Source: a virus
Taxonomy: Duplodnaviria; Caudoviricetes
Direction: 5' to 3' (one strand)
DNA length: 64,000 bases
Virus record (IMG/VR): IMGVR_UViG_3300028549_001457
Location: 160,001-224,000 of that record
A program made the position numbers and the translations under genes. Positions 26,282-36,052 of this stretch are shown here, piece after piece (the stretch's first letter is position 1; the number at the start of each line of letters is the position of its first letter). Under the pieces are notes generated by a model that was not told the origin of the DNA, made no database searches, and saw only the letters and a program-made list of their open reading frames with translations.

Positions 26282-26803
26282 ATGAGTTGGACACTCTTCC
26301 TTGATCTTGATGGCGTCATTGCTGACTTTGATGGCCGTGTAGCTCAGATGGTTGGGCACTTCCCCGCTGAGCGAGAAGAAGTCAGGGAGTGTATGCGAAC
26401 CCCTTACTTTTTTAAAAATCTGGAGCCCCTCCCAGGTGCTCTTGCTGCGGTTGATGAACTAGAACGTTTGATCCCCGGTCAGCTAAGAATTCTCTCTGCT
26501 GTTCCCCATTCGGACCCCTCTCTCGCAGGTGTTGCAAGGGTTGAAAAAGTGGCGTGGCTAGAAGAGCATTTACCATGGCTAGCTAGTACCGCTCTTATTG
26601 TTGGGTCTAAAGCTGGGGTAGGATCTCCCGAATCTTTACTCGTTGACGATCATCCAGAATGGAATGGTGCCGCTGAGTTTGGTGGGGAGGTTATCACCTT
26701 TACGGGTCCCGAATCATGGGGTCTTGTCACTAAGATTGTAAAGGATCGGCTGAGCACTCAAACTGACTCTGCTAAGTTAGCTAGATTAGTCAAGGATGCC
26801 TGA
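26282..26803 (+). CDS. 5'(3')-deoxyribonucleotidase (HAD, NT5C family)
   Basis: FLDLDGVIADF, FFKNLEPLPGA, EKVAWL, LLVDD. Confidence 0.85.
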   Translation: MSWTLFLDLDGVIADFDGRVAQMVGHFPAEREEVRECMRTPYFFKNLEPLPGALAAVDELERLIPGQLRILSAVPHSDPSLAGVARVEKVAWLEEHLPWLASTALIVGSKAGVGSPESLLVDDHPEWNGAAEFGGEVITFTGPESWGLVTKIVKDRLSTQTDSAKLARLVKDA

Positions 26804-26839
26804 CCTCAAATAATAAATACAATACTCAAGGACGATACA

Positions 26840-27025
26840 ATGCTTTATTATAAACACTTAAAAACAGGTGCTATATACCGATACCTAGCTACTGGAGTAG
26901 ATTGCACTAACATACGAGAAGGTGCTCTGGTAGTTATCTATTGTCCAGACGATGACGAACACACTATTTACGTTAGGGAAGAGTCTGAGTTCTATGAGAA
27001 GTTCATGTGTCTTTCGGAGGTTTAG
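26840..27025 (+). CDS. DUF1653-like small protein
   Basis: YKHLKTGAIY...VVIY...IYVREESEFYEKF. Confidence 0.6.
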   Translation: MLYYKHLKTGAIYRYLATGVDCTNIREGALVVIYCPDDDEHTIYVREESEFYEKFMCLSEV

Positions 27026-27276
27026 TGAATCCCCTTCTACCAGAATTAGACCTATTACAAATGTTTAAAACAGACTCTGGGTATGCGTATCATTTTTTTA
27101 CAACCTCAGATGATGGCAGCTCTTTTAGAGGGCATTCCGAGAAAGATCTGAGAGATCTCTTTTCAGATTGTTGTTTTAAGGTATCTGTGGGACCTAAAAG
27201 AACTACGTTTTTCTTTAAACCTACTACAAGTATTGAAACGATGTTTTATTTCAGACATAAGTTAAATACATTATAA
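27007..27276 (+). CDS. hypothetical protein
   Basis: ORF track. Confidence 0.4.
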   Translation: MSFGGLVNPLLPELDLLQMFKTDSGYAYHFFTTSDDGSSFRGHSEKDLRDLFSDCCFKVSVGPKRTTFFFKPTTSIETMFYFRHKLNTL

Positions 27277-27287
27277 TGTCTTTTATA

Positions 27288-27375
27288 GGAAGGTAATCCG
27301 GTCTGGGACTGGCCTCGCCTGGAAAGCGAGTGGATGTGTTAAAGCATTACGATTCGATTTCGTTGCCTTCCGCCA
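27288..27375 (+). tRNA. tRNA-Ser(GGA)
   Basis: ctcgc-ct gga aa-gcgag arm; GCCA end. Confidence 0.85.
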
Positions 27376-27438
27376 AAAAATACTTGAGAGATTCTGGGGT
27401 CACAAATCAAACTAAAAATCGGCATACAAGAGGCATCC

Positions 27439-28293
27439 ATGCTAAAAGTGTCTAAGTTGTTAACTTCAGATTATAGGGGGTGGAAATCTTGGATTTTTGG
27501 GGAATACTGGCTACACGAAAGTGGCGAAGCTGAGTTTGCTGATGGGGATACTGGGGATCGTGGGCACGAGCAGATTGCCGTGGAGAATATCTTTAACCAC
27601 TTCTCAACCCAGCTTGAAAATGCTTTCATTAAATACTTTCAAAAAGTAAAGGAAAAATACCCCGAGGAATACCCTGGGGCTATCGAAGGTTATAGCAACT
27701 TCTTTAGAGGAACTGATCCGGATGATTTTACGTTAGATAATGCTGAAATGTCGGATCTTTACTATAATTATCATATCCCCGTGACTGTTGGGGAGGAAGC
27801 TTTTCCGCCTGGGCAGTGGGACGAGTTTAACAAGGATATCCGGCTGTTTTACTCTAAGTATTTTAAAGCCGCCCATGTGATTAATAATAACTTTAGTGTT
27901 TGGCAGTTAACTCCTAGGATGATAAACGCCATGCAGGATTTCGTTCTTGAGAAAGCAGATGAAAACGGACTAGACGCAGAAAACCCTCTCCCAGGTTCTA
28001 TATGCGTTGATGAAATTAGCACAAATAGGTATGCCGAACTGGATACCACAGAATTCCTGATGGCAAAACACGCTAATCAAATATTCCAAGTTGTGGGTAA
28101 GACTGCTGCAATTAGAAAAACTCCCGCACAGAAACAAGCCCTGGATGCCTATAATAGGGCGGTAGCTAACCAGGACAGATATATGGGGTCCGTTTTTGTA
28201 ACCCCACAGGGGTCCAAAGAACATGATCTTGCAGTTGAAAAAGCATACCAAGCCTGTATAGCTCTAGGGATGACCTACGAACATGGTCTATAG
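27439..28293 (+). CDS. MLKVS-tagged hypothetical protein
   Basis: MLKVSKLLT; GEYWL...FADGDTGDRGHEQIA. Confidence 0.7.
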   Translation: MLKVSKLLTSDYRGWKSWIFGEYWLHESGEAEFADGDTGDRGHEQIAVENIFNHFSTQLENAFIKYFQKVKEKYPEEYPGAIEGYSNFFRGTDPDDFTLDNAEMSDLYYNYHIPVTVGEEAFPPGQWDEFNKDIRLFYSKYFKAAHVINNNFSVWQLTPRMINAMQDFVLEKADENGLDAENPLPGSICVDEISTNRYAELDTTEFLMAKHANQIFQVVGKTAAIRKTPAQKQALDAYNRAVANQDRYMGSVFVTPQGSKEHDLAVEKAYQACIALGMTYEHGL

Positions 28294-28309
28294 GCTCTGA
28301 TTTATTAGG

Positions 28310-28681
28310 TTGCCTTTCTATAGAGACGTTTTTAGGAGAAGCCAAGCTATGCTTATAGAGTCCCCTCAGGTGATTGTTTACGCATCTTCTTGGTTGCAGA
28401 CCGCTTTACTTGGTGCTTTAGGCACGGCCTTTGGGTCTCTTCTTATATGGATTGGGCTCAGGTTAGTTACTAAAGTTGACGCATTCCAGGTTCAAGTTGA
28501 GGGTATCAAAAAAGATCTCACCGACAATTACCGCAGAAAAGAGGATTGTAAGCACTGTGATCCCACTACTGCAGTTGTAAAAAATCTATCTACAGATGTT
28601 GAACAACTGGTAACTGATTTAGCAGCCCTAAAAAAACTGACAGGCCCTGAAACGCTAGTTGCGTCTCACTCCAACTCCTAA
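28310..28681 (+). CDS. hypothetical membrane protein with coiled coil
   Basis: TM helix ALLGALGTAFGSLLIWIG. Confidence 0.5.
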   Translation: MPFYRDVFRRSQAMLIESPQVIVYASSWLQTALLGALGTAFGSLLIWIGLRLVTKVDAFQVQVEGIKKDLTDNYRRKEDCKHCDPTTAVVKNLSTDVEQLVTDLAALKKLTGPETLVASHSNS

Positions 28682-28736
28682 AGGCTCAGTTTCCCCACCT
28701 AAGCAGTGGTGAGTAAATTTAAAAACAGATAAACAT

Positions 28737-28811
28737 GCGCCAGTAGCTCAGCGGAAGAGCGAGGTCCTCCTAAGGCCTAGGTCGGGGATTCAAATTCCTC
28801 CTGGCGTACCA
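28737..28811 (+). tRNA. tRNA-Arg(CCT)
   Basis: aggtc-ct cct aa-ggcct arm; ACCA end. Confidence 0.9.
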
Positions 28812-29095
28812 ATACTTATATGTATCTTTTAGGGAGAGGTTTTTTTATGGCCCAGCATCTGTGGGAATATTGTAATCATTGTAATGCCCGTGTGGTCATC
28901 TGCGGGACTTGTGGTAATAATACCTGTAATGGTGGTCATGGAACGCTTTTGGATGGGTCTGACTGCCCCGATTGTAAATCCGCGTATTGGCTCTATGAGA
29001 CTGATTTTAGATTGCATAATTAGGTATGCTCATGGAATTGTTTACGTGAACCGTCAATTTTGAGCACCCAAACCCAATCTAAAAGGATTAATGTC

Positions 29096-29756
29096 ATGGA
29101 TATTATTGTAGAAATACGTGCCGCAGAAGGCGGCGATGATGCTGTTTTATTGGTTCGAGACCAATTAAAGGCCTATCTTCGGAGGGCTGAGCGGAGGGGA
29201 CTTTGAGACCGAGATTCTAGAGGAAACTTCGGGTTTTGTGTCCTTCTTGGTAAAAGAAGATCCATCCCAAGAATTCTTTAATGAAGCTGGTGGTCAACGG
29301 TGGCAACATATTAGTCCAACTGACAAAAATAAGCGCGTTCATACTTCAACTGTTACCGTTGCTGTTTTAGCATTACAGCATTCCTCAGTCTACCTCAATC
29401 CCAACGATGTGGAGATTCAAACCACCCGAGGATCAGGCCCTGGCGGTCAAAACAGGAATAAAGTAGAATCCTGTGTCTTGGCTATACATAGGCCCACAGG
29501 ACTCTCTGTAAGAATTGACGGGCGCTCCCAACTTCATAATAAGAAGGTGGCGTTAGAAGTCCTTGCAACTCGTTTAGAGGCCGCTCATGCTGCTTCCCAG
29601 CATCAAGCCTTAAGTAAGCACAGACGAGATCAAGTCGGTTCGGGCCAGCGTGGGGATAAGGTCAAGACTTATCGAGTGCGTGATAACACTGTAACGGATC
29701 ACCGGACGGGGCAGAAATGGAACCTGGATAAGTGGTTAAATGGCTTCTGGGACTAA
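29096..29756 (+). CDS. class I peptide chain release factor, 219 aa via programmed +1 frameshift at CTT TGA (29201-29206)
   Basis: EIRAAEGGDDA upstream of the stop; +1 frame gives HISPTDKNKRVHTS, GSGPGGQNRNKVES, VKTY...VTDHR; SD-like GGAGGGGA directly before CTT TGA. Confidence 0.85.
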
Positions 29757-29760
29757 ATTC

Positions 29761-29789
29761 TGTATCTCAGGTGGATTCCTCCCGTATCT
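29761..29789 (+). promoter_or_regulatory. ECF-like promoter TGTATC-N16-CGTATCT
   Basis: recurring motif. Confidence 0.5.
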
Positions 29790-29807
29790 AGACACATAGG
29801 AGCTATT

Positions 29808-30248
29808 ATGAACTTTGCTGACTTTTATAAACTGGCCGAGGCTACCGGGGAGGTTGAATATCCCGAACCTAACTTGAGTACTCGTCGCGGTTTGTCCACT
29901 GATGAATATCTTAAGTTGAAGAACTCCCTCTCGATCCCTGAGAAAGGGTTTTTTGAAATAACGTGGCGCACGGGCGGTATTTCGGGAGGGTCTTGCTGGG
30001 ATGAGGGGGATCGTGATCCTCACTATCACGTTTCGGGGGATATTGAACCTAGGTTCACCACATTGGATGCGTTTCTTCTCAAGGTTTGCCCAAATCTATC
30101 GTTTATCATTTACAAGAAAATTGATGATTTGTTTGAGATTCGTGAGTATTCCGAGTATGAATACTATGGGAACTCAACTAATTACGTAAGTAAGAGTATA
30201 AATATCAAGGGGTTGTATGATATTCTCGTCGAGTATAACCAACTCTAA
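29808..30248 (+). CDS. hypothetical protein
   Basis: AGGAG RBS; TWRTGGISGGSCW motif. Confidence 0.7.
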   Translation: MNFADFYKLAEATGEVEYPEPNLSTRRGLSTDEYLKLKNSLSIPEKGFFEITWRTGGISGGSCWDEGDRDPHYHVSGDIEPRFTTLDAFLLKVCPNLSFIIYKKIDDLFEIREYSEYEYYGNSTNYVSKSINIKGLYDILVEYNQL

Positions 30249-30645
30249 GGTTCTTTTTTTAGTGGGTCTTCCTGGAAGCGGGAAGACCCACTATATTGAG
30301 TCCCATTTTGAGGAGCTACGCGATTACACCGTCTTGGACGATACTTCCCATAGCTTCAACAAAGAATCCTTGGTGGGGACTATTCAAAACCATCCTTTGA
30401 TTGTTATTGCGGACCCTTTTCTTTGTCGGGGTATTTTTCGAGAAGCAGCTAAGAGACTCTTTGCTAATTTTGAACAAACCTGGATCTTTTTTGAGAATTC
30501 CCCTGAAATTTGTTTTGCAAATGTAGCCTATAGAAATGATGGTAGACACGTAAGTGAGTCATTCATCAAGTCATTGTCTAGGGAGTATGAAATTCCTACG
30601 GATGCTTTTGTTGTAGCAGTTGTTTCTGGTGAGGCTTCAGCATGA
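30217..30645 (+). CDS. P-loop kinase (AAA_33/PNK-like)
   Basis: VGLPGSGKT Walker A. Confidence 0.65.
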   Translation: MIFSSSITNSKVLFLVGLPGSGKTHYIESHFEELRDYTVLDDTSHSFNKESLVGTIQNHPLIVIADPFLCRGIFREAAKRLFANFEQTWIFFENSPEICFANVAYRNDGRHVSESFIKSLSREYEIPTDAFVVAVVSGEASA

Positions 30646-31034
30646 ATTTTAGTGACTCAATCCGTGACTGGCCTGAGGATTTTGCCCATGAAAATGGTAT
30701 ATACCTCTGCACTTGCTCTATCTGTAGCCATACTTTCACGGGGCATAAACGTAGGGTTATTTGTAAAGTCTGCCAACAAGATCGCCCCAAGTCTGCTTTG
30801 CCAAGCCCCCTCCCCTGCCCGTTTTGTGGGGTGGTCCCCAAAGTTTTCCCGGTAGACCCCAGGACCGAGGGGGACGCTTGGGGTGCCGTTCGTTGCCTTA
30901 ACCCTGAGTGTGTCGCAAAGCCTATTGTCAGAGATGGTGAGGCTATTGTAGACACTCGTGGCAGTGACGCCTATAAAACCGCTGCAATTCTTAGATGGAA
31001 TACCCGTTGGAGTTCGGCATGGACACTCTCTTAG
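30642..31034 (+). CDS. zinc-finger protein, Lar-like C-terminal domain
   Basis: CSIC..CKVC and PLPCPFCG...AILRWNTR. Confidence 0.55.
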   Translation: MNFSDSIRDWPEDFAHENGIYLCTCSICSHTFTGHKRRVICKVCQQDRPKSALPSPLPCPFCGVVPKVFPVDPRTEGDAWGAVRCLNPECVAKPIVRDGEAIVDTRGSDAYKTAAILRWNTRWSSAWTLS

Positions 31035-31229
31035 AACGCTATATGTGTTTGCGGTGTAGACGCGATAGATTTAGCACTCCCGGCCCACACCGTTGTGGGG
31101 GGATGTTTATTAAACATTTTCGTAAAAGGGTTTGGGGAGACGTTTTCCCCAATGGATTTTTTAAGAGAATCTCTCAGCCCTATTGGGGTGCTTAGATTTC
31201 TTTTTAGGGTAGAAGAGGATATTATACTC

Positions 31230-32375
31230 ATGCTAAAGGTTTCACGATTGTTAAGAGCTACAACCCCGGAGATATCCTCTAAGTTTCCTCCTCAATTAAT
31301 TACCTTACTTCGTAAGCTGAATTCTTTTGGTGAGTTTTATCTCGTTGGGGGCTGCATCCGTGATGCGCTTCTTGGTAGAACGCCTAAAGACTTTGATGTT
31401 ATGGTTGTGGCTCCCTCCCCGCAAGAGCTTGAAAAGATCCTCCCCGTGAAGCAAGTCGGAGCCGCCTTTCCTGTATATCTATATGATACTGAGGACCCAG
31501 AGTTAGGCATTATTGAATTCGCCTATGCCCGTAAAGAGACAAAAACAGGGATTGGGTATAAGGGTTTTGATTTTGAGGTCGTTTCAGATGTTAAAGAGGA
31601 CCTAGCTAGACGCGATCTAACTATAAATGCTCTCGCCTGGAACCCTACTGCAGGACTTGTATCTTTTGATGATAGGGCTATGGATGATGTGCAGACTAAT
31701 ACTCTTAGGCATGTCACGGAAGCTTTTGCGGAAGACCCTCTTCGTGTATTGAGAGCAGCTAGATTTTCAGCACAACTCCCAGGTGATTGGAAAGTGGACC
31801 CCGAGACTATCAAATTAATGAATAGTCTCCAGGGTGAGTTGCCTTCTTTAGCATTGGATAGGATTCGAATTGAGCTAGAAAAATCTCTCAGGGCAGCAAA
31901 ACCAGGGAACTTCTTTCAGGTACTACATCAAGCTGATTGCATGAGTTATTGGTTCCCAGAGTTGGAGTCAAATCTCCCAGCGTTAATTAATTTGGTAAAT
32001 AAGTCTGCAAAATCAGTTAGCTTAATTGAGATGTATTGCCTATTAGCCCAGACAATGCAATCTAATGGTGACGTAAAGACTTTTTGTAAACGGCTTTCTC
32101 TTGCATGGGATCGGGAAATGGCGCTGTGGCGTAATATCCACGCCTGCTCTTTTACCTCCCCTAAAGATTTCTTGATGGTGTATAAAGGTGGGCGTCAAGG
32201 AAGGCTCCCATTTGATAGTATTTACAGACTTTTAGAGATTAATGGGGATACTTCAAGCCAAACCTCCCTTAAGAAAGCGGTGGCTGCTCTTCAAAATCTA
32301 AAGCTCCAAGAGGTCCCACCGTCCGAAATTCCTGCTTTGATGCTTAAAACAGTTTCTTCAGCGTTAGGGATGTGA
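31230..32375 (+). CDS. cca: CCA-adding tRNA nucleotidyltransferase, MLKVS-tagged
   Basis: YLVGGCIRDALLG..PKDFD, FAYARKE, EDLARRDLTINA, EDPLRVLRAARF, ERI-like DRIRIELEK. Confidence 0.9.
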   Translation: MLKVSRLLRATTPEISSKFPPQLITLLRKLNSFGEFYLVGGCIRDALLGRTPKDFDVMVVAPSPQELEKILPVKQVGAAFPVYLYDTEDPELGIIEFAYARKETKTGIGYKGFDFEVVSDVKEDLARRDLTINALAWNPTAGLVSFDDRAMDDVQTNTLRHVTEAFAEDPLRVLRAARFSAQLPGDWKVDPETIKLMNSLQGELPSLALDRIRIELEKSLRAAKPGNFFQVLHQADCMSYWFPELESNLPALINLVNKSAKSVSLIEMYCLLAQTMQSNGDVKTFCKRLSLAWDREMALWRNIHACSFTSPKDFLMVYKGGRQGRLPFDSIYRLLEINGDTSSQTSLKKAVAALQNLKLQEVPPSEIPALMLKTVSSALGM

Positions 32376-32376
32376 C

Positions 32377-32772
32377 ATGCCCGATTTTAACCTGGGGGTC
32401 CCAGATATTGATGAGGACCACCGCAAACTTTTTGAATCGTTTACACATCTAAGTAGCCCTGAGGTTTATCGTGATACTGTTCTTAGGGTTCAAGCCGTGG
32501 GGGACTTTATAGACTACGCAACCTCTCATTTAGGTCGTGAGGAACAGCTCATGCGTAAACTAAAATACCCAGGCTATTCAGAACATAGGTCTTCTCACAG
32601 AGACTTACAGGACGCTTTCACTGCCCTTGTGCGTGATGTCCTTAAAGGTGTTTTGGAACAACGAGAGGCTATTAATAAGTTGCAGAGTATCTTCCTTGAA
32701 CATACTCTTACGGTAGATTCCTTATTTGCCCAGTGGATGCTCACAAAAATACCTAATAGGTCCCGTAGCTGA
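32377..32772 (+). CDS. bacteriohemerythrin
   Basis: GVPDIDEDHRKL, HLGREEQLM..YP.Y.EHR.SH, HT..VD. Confidence 0.85.
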   Translation: MPDFNLGVPDIDEDHRKLFESFTHLSSPEVYRDTVLRVQAVGDFIDYATSHLGREEQLMRKLKYPGYSEHRSSHRDLQDAFTALVRDVLKGVLEQREAINKLQSIFLEHTLTVDSLFAQWMLTKIPNRSRS

Positions 32773-32834
32773 GTGGATTTAGCACCCGTCTTCTAAACGG
32801 GTTTACGTCAGTTCGAATCTGACCGGGACCACCA
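32759..32834 (+). tRNA. tRNA-Arg(TCT)
   Basis: cccgt-ct tct aa-acggg arm; overlaps hemerythrin 3' end. Confidence 0.9.
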
Positions 32835-32836
32835 GT

Positions 32837-32910
32837 GCCGATATAGCTCAATGGTAGAGTTCTGGTTTCGTAAACCAGAGATATGGGTTCAATTCCCTTT
32901 ATCGGCTCCA
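32837..32910 (+). tRNA. tRNA-Thr(CGT)
   Basis: ctggt-tt cgt aa-accag arm; TCCA end. Confidence 0.85.
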
Positions 32911-32933
32911 CTTTCCTTTAGGTAGGACAGGTT

Positions 32934-33401
32934 ATGCTAAAAGTATCTAGAATTCTATCTGCCACAGTCTTCTATCATGGGAGGGGCCTAACCCGCCCAT
33001 ATACTGGCAAGTATATATTCTTGACCGCAGATCCGGCCTATGCTTCCGGGTATTCAGATGGTAAGACAATCCAAGTCTATAAGCTTAAAATTCATGAAAA
33101 TGAATTGTTTTCACTGCGAAAGGCTGGGGATCTATCTGCTTTAACCACTGCCATGAACAACCCGGAAGCCACCCAATCTATAATGAAAGCCTCTTCTCAT
33201 GGTGAAATGGACTGGGCAGCTTACTCTAATATAGCTAGTGATGACCATGATGATGGTGAAAGTCTTTTAAAATCTTTAGGGTTTAAAGGGATTTGGTTAA
33301 GCGAACGCACCGGGATTAACTCAATCCTTCTTTTCGACCAAAATGATGCTGATTATGTTAAAGATATTCCTGCAGTTTTTAGAAAGCCAATGGACACATA
33401 G
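32934..33401 (+). CDS. MLKVS-tagged protein, possible ART-like fold
   Basis: MLKVSRILSA then VFYHG...IFLT.D..YA..Y. Confidence 0.6.
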   Translation: MLKVSRILSATVFYHGRGLTRPYTGKYIFLTADPAYASGYSDGKTIQVYKLKIHENELFSLRKAGDLSALTTAMNNPEATQSIMKASSHGEMDWAAYSNIASDDHDDGESLLKSLGFKGIWLSERTGINSILLFDQNDADYVKDIPAVFRKPMDT

Positions 33402-33469
33402 CTCAGTCTGGTATGAGCGCTTGCTCGACACGCAAGAGGTCAGTGGTTCGAATCCACTTGTGTCCACCA
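33392..33469 (+). tRNA. tRNA-Val(GAC)
   Basis: cttgc-tc gac ac-gcaag arm; ACCA end. Confidence 0.9.
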
Positions 33470-33530
33470 GTAGTTTTCCCTTTTATATACACAGTGCGGT
33501 TCACTCCTACTGGCAATATAAGGGTCTCAA

Positions 33531-33857
33531 ATGCATGCTAAGCGACTTGCACAAATGGATCTGTGGTATTCAGGTGAGTCAGGCATAGCCCCCAGTTATG
33601 ATAGAATTAGAAAGTATCTCATACAGAAACGTGGTCCAGCCTGTTCTGAATGTGATTGGATTGGTCAAAACCCTTTTACTGGTAGGTATATAATTGAGGT
33701 AGATCATATAGATGGTAATCGTAAGAATAACCATCCCAGCAATCTTAGACTTCTTTGCCCAAACTGTCATGCTATGACTCAGAATTATAAGGCCCTTAAT
33801 CGTGCAGGTGAACGTGATTCTTACGGAGTATCTAGAGTGCTTGTTGAGGACTGGTGA
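33531..33857 (+). CDS. HNH endonuclease
   Basis: CSEC...EVDHIDGNRKNNHPSNLRLLCPNCHA. Confidence 0.9.
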   Translation: MHAKRLAQMDLWYSGESGIAPSYDRIRKYLIQKRGPACSECDWIGQNPFTGRYIIEVDHIDGNRKNNHPSNLRLLCPNCHAMTQNYKALNRAGERDSYGVSRVLVEDW

Positions 33858-33860
33858 GTT

Positions 33861-34043
33861 ATGCTGAGAGTCTCGCAGATACTTGTAGCGTATATTGCAG
33901 AAGTGCCTGGGCACACAGATAGTAAAGGTGAAGCTGCCCCCTTTGTTATTCGCTCTCACGAGACGGATAAGATTTTAAGTAGCCACCCCACAAGGGAAGA
34001 GGCTAAAAAACATCTCAAGCAGATGCATATATTTGGGGACTGA
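33861..34043 (+). CDS. MLRVS-tagged small protein
   Basis: MLRVSQILVA; GK-like DKILSSHPTREEAKKHLKQMH motif. Confidence 0.6.
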   Translation: MLRVSQILVAYIAEVPGHTDSKGEAAPFVIRSHETDKILSSHPTREEAKKHLKQMHIFGD

Positions 34044-34048
34044 TTTTT

Positions 34049-34076
34049 TGGATTTTAAAAAAATCAGTCCGTATCT
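34049..34076 (+). promoter_or_regulatory. ECF-like promoter TGGATT-N15-CGTATCT
   Basis: recurring motif. Confidence 0.5.
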
Positions 34077-34102
34077 ATACTGTTGGTCTTCTTCGAGTTC
34101 TC

Positions 34103-34330
34103 ATGTCAAGAATCAAAGCTCCTCTCAGAACCTTAAATGGGTATCTGTGTGTGTATCTGCCAGATCACCCATGTGCTATGACTTCCCTGAATTGGATGGG
34201 GTATATATATGAGCATATTGTAATTGCTGAGGAGTTTCTAAAACGAAAATTAACTCCCACAGAAGTGGTCCATCACCTTGATAGTAAGCCTCCACGAGGC
34301 TATTGGTCTAAGCATTCCTCCGCTGTATAA
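34103..34330 (+). pseudogene. truncated HNH endonuclease
   Basis: GYIYEHIVIAE..L.RKL...EVVHHLD, then loses the motif. Confidence 0.6.
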
Positions 34331-34338
34331 CTCTTATT

Positions 34339-34428
34339 GCTCCTGTAACTCAGCGTTCAGAGTCCCCGGCTCATAACCGGGTCGCCCTAAGAAGGTTTAC
34401 GCAGGTTAGAATCCTGCCGGGAGCACCA
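34339..34428 (+). tRNA. tRNA-Met(CAT) with long variable arm
   Basis: cccgg-ct cat aa-ccggg arm; 19 nt V region; ACCA end. Confidence 0.8.
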
Positions 34429-34458
34429 AATTTTCCTTTAATCTAGGAGCATTCTAAT

Positions 34459-34764
34459 ATGCAAGAAGTTACTACCGCAAACGATTTCACAGCCCTCACA
34501 GCCTCCAGTAAAGTCCTAGTAGACTTCTGGGCTCCCTGGTGTGGACCCTGTAAGGCGCTCTCCCCTACACTGGAAGGGCTCGAAGGAGCCTATCCAGATG
34601 TTAAGTTTGTCAAGGTGAATATTGATACGGAGGAAGGTCAGACTATATCATCTAAGTTTGGTATCCAGAGTATTCCTACGGTAATTTACTTCGAAGGTGG
34701 GCGTAAGGTTGGGCATGTGATGGGAAATGTCCCCTCTGCCAAGATTCGTTCCCTTCTTGATTAA
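34459..34764 (+). CDS. trxA: thioredoxin
   Basis: VDFWAPWCGPCK; IQSIPT. Confidence 0.95.
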   Translation: MQEVTTANDFTALTASSKVLVDFWAPWCGPCKALSPTLEGLEGAYPDVKFVKVNIDTEEGQTISSKFGIQSIPTVIYFEGGRKVGHVMGNVPSAKIRSLLD

Positions 34765-34782
34765 CCTCTTTCCGGAGAGATC

Positions 34783-35193
34783 GTGATGTATTCTAAAATG
34801 AATGTCCTGGACTTTAATTCTAAGCTATACGAGGACTTCCCTAAATTTTTTAATGATAATTTCTGGGGGGTTGAGTGCAGCCCAGGTTGGTTCAATATAA
34901 TTTACACCATGTGTGAACGCTTGAGTCTGCTAGAGCACTTGCCCGAAGACTTCTCAATTACCCAGATTAAAGAAAAATTTGGTGACTTGAGAGTCTACAC
35001 ATCTGCAAACACAATCTTTATTAATAGTATCATTAGTGATGCTGAGAAGCAGTCCGCAGTAGTGTGCGAGATTTGTGGGGCAACCCCAGCGGGGCATTCG
35101 ACCATTAATGGGTATCTTCGGACTCTTTGTGATACGTGTCATAAAGCCAAGGTGCAGGAGAGACGTACCCAAGAAGAAGCCTGGGCTAGGTAA
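34783..35193 (+). CDS. conserved phage hypothetical protein
   Basis: EC.PGW...QIKEKFGDLRVY...CEICG...TLCDTC. Confidence 0.65.
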   Translation: MMYSKMNVLDFNSKLYEDFPKFFNDNFWGVECSPGWFNIIYTMCERLSLLEHLPEDFSITQIKEKFGDLRVYTSANTIFINSIISDAEKQSAVVCEICGATPAGHSTINGYLRTLCDTCHKAKVQERRTQEEAWAR

Positions 35194-35528
35194 TGGCTTT
35201 TAATGTAGTTAAGTCAAAGTGGTCTAAAAAAGATAAGGCCCTAGCTCACCAGTCTCTGCTTGCAATACTGCGTCCAGCCCAATCCGTAGTTTTCGCGCAG
35301 ACTCCAACAAATGAGTATAGTTGGCAGATTCTCCTATTAGACTCTTCTTCTCCAGAAGCTAATGTTATAGATATATCCCACGCTGTGGCCTGTGTTCTAG
35401 GTAGAAGGTTTGGTGGGTCTACCCTTCTGGGTGTTACTTACGACAGTCCCCATATTCTGCTAGCTGAACTCCAAGAAGTTCTGGGTTTTTCCGAACCTTT
35501 TTTATTGGGCACCTTTATATGGCTTTGA
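35193..35528 (+). CDS. hypothetical protein
   Basis: translationally coupled ORF. Confidence 0.5.
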   Translation: MAFNVVKSKWSKKDKALAHQSLLAILRPAQSVVFAQTPTNEYSWQILLLDSSSPEANVIDISHAVACVLGRRFGGSTLLGVTYDSPHILLAELQEVLGFSEPFLLGTFIWL

Positions 35529-35779
35529 TTGAAAAAGAAACAGCCACTCATCGAATTCAAATTGAATTTAATGAAGAGGGTATGGTTGATAGTAAAGAAT
35601 TTTTAGACTCGATTACTAGCCTTGGTCTACTTATTCGTCCCCGTGAGACTAAAATTAAGGCCGGAAATAACTTTAGGATTGTAATGCAAGCTCACTCAGG
35701 GTATTCCGCCGAAGATTTCTTTGAAGAACACCGGGAATTTATGGACTCGTTTTCTGGTGGTCCTTCTAGCGAGAATTAA
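35519..35779 (+). CDS. hypothetical protein
   Basis: translationally coupled ORF. Confidence 0.5.
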   Translation: MALIEKETATHRIQIEFNEEGMVDSKEFLDSITSLGLLIRPRETKIKAGNNFRIVMQAHSGYSAEDFFEEHREFMDSFSGGPSSEN

Positions 35780-35780
35780 T

Positions 35781-36017
35781 ATGACTAACTCCCCTAGCTA
35801 TAAACATAATTTCCATGATTGTATTTTTCTAGATGAACATGCAAATGAACCTTGCTGGGGCACCGTTCATTTAGTTGATGTTGATGATATCTGTAATGAA
35901 TATGGCGATGTTGTTGATGAAGCCCTTTATTATGCGTGTGAAGGTCACGCAGAGTTTTTTCCAATGAGTCTTCTACACCCACCCCCCGGTAAATATATTC
36001 CTGAGAATTCAGATTGA
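35781..36017 (+). CDS. hypothetical acidic protein
   Basis: ATG right after previous stop. Confidence 0.45.
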   Translation: MTNSPSYKHNFHDCIFLDEHANEPCWGTVHLVDVDDICNEYGDVVDEALYYACEGHAEFFPMSLLHPPPGKYIPENSD

Positions 36018-36052
36018 CCTTTGTTACGTGTATCTGTTACAATTATACTTCT

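Noticed and set aside
36044-36052. ATACTTC as another Y-like RNA
   Set aside because: Directly precedes tRNA-Gly with no flanking stems or TAG; chance match in a promoter region.
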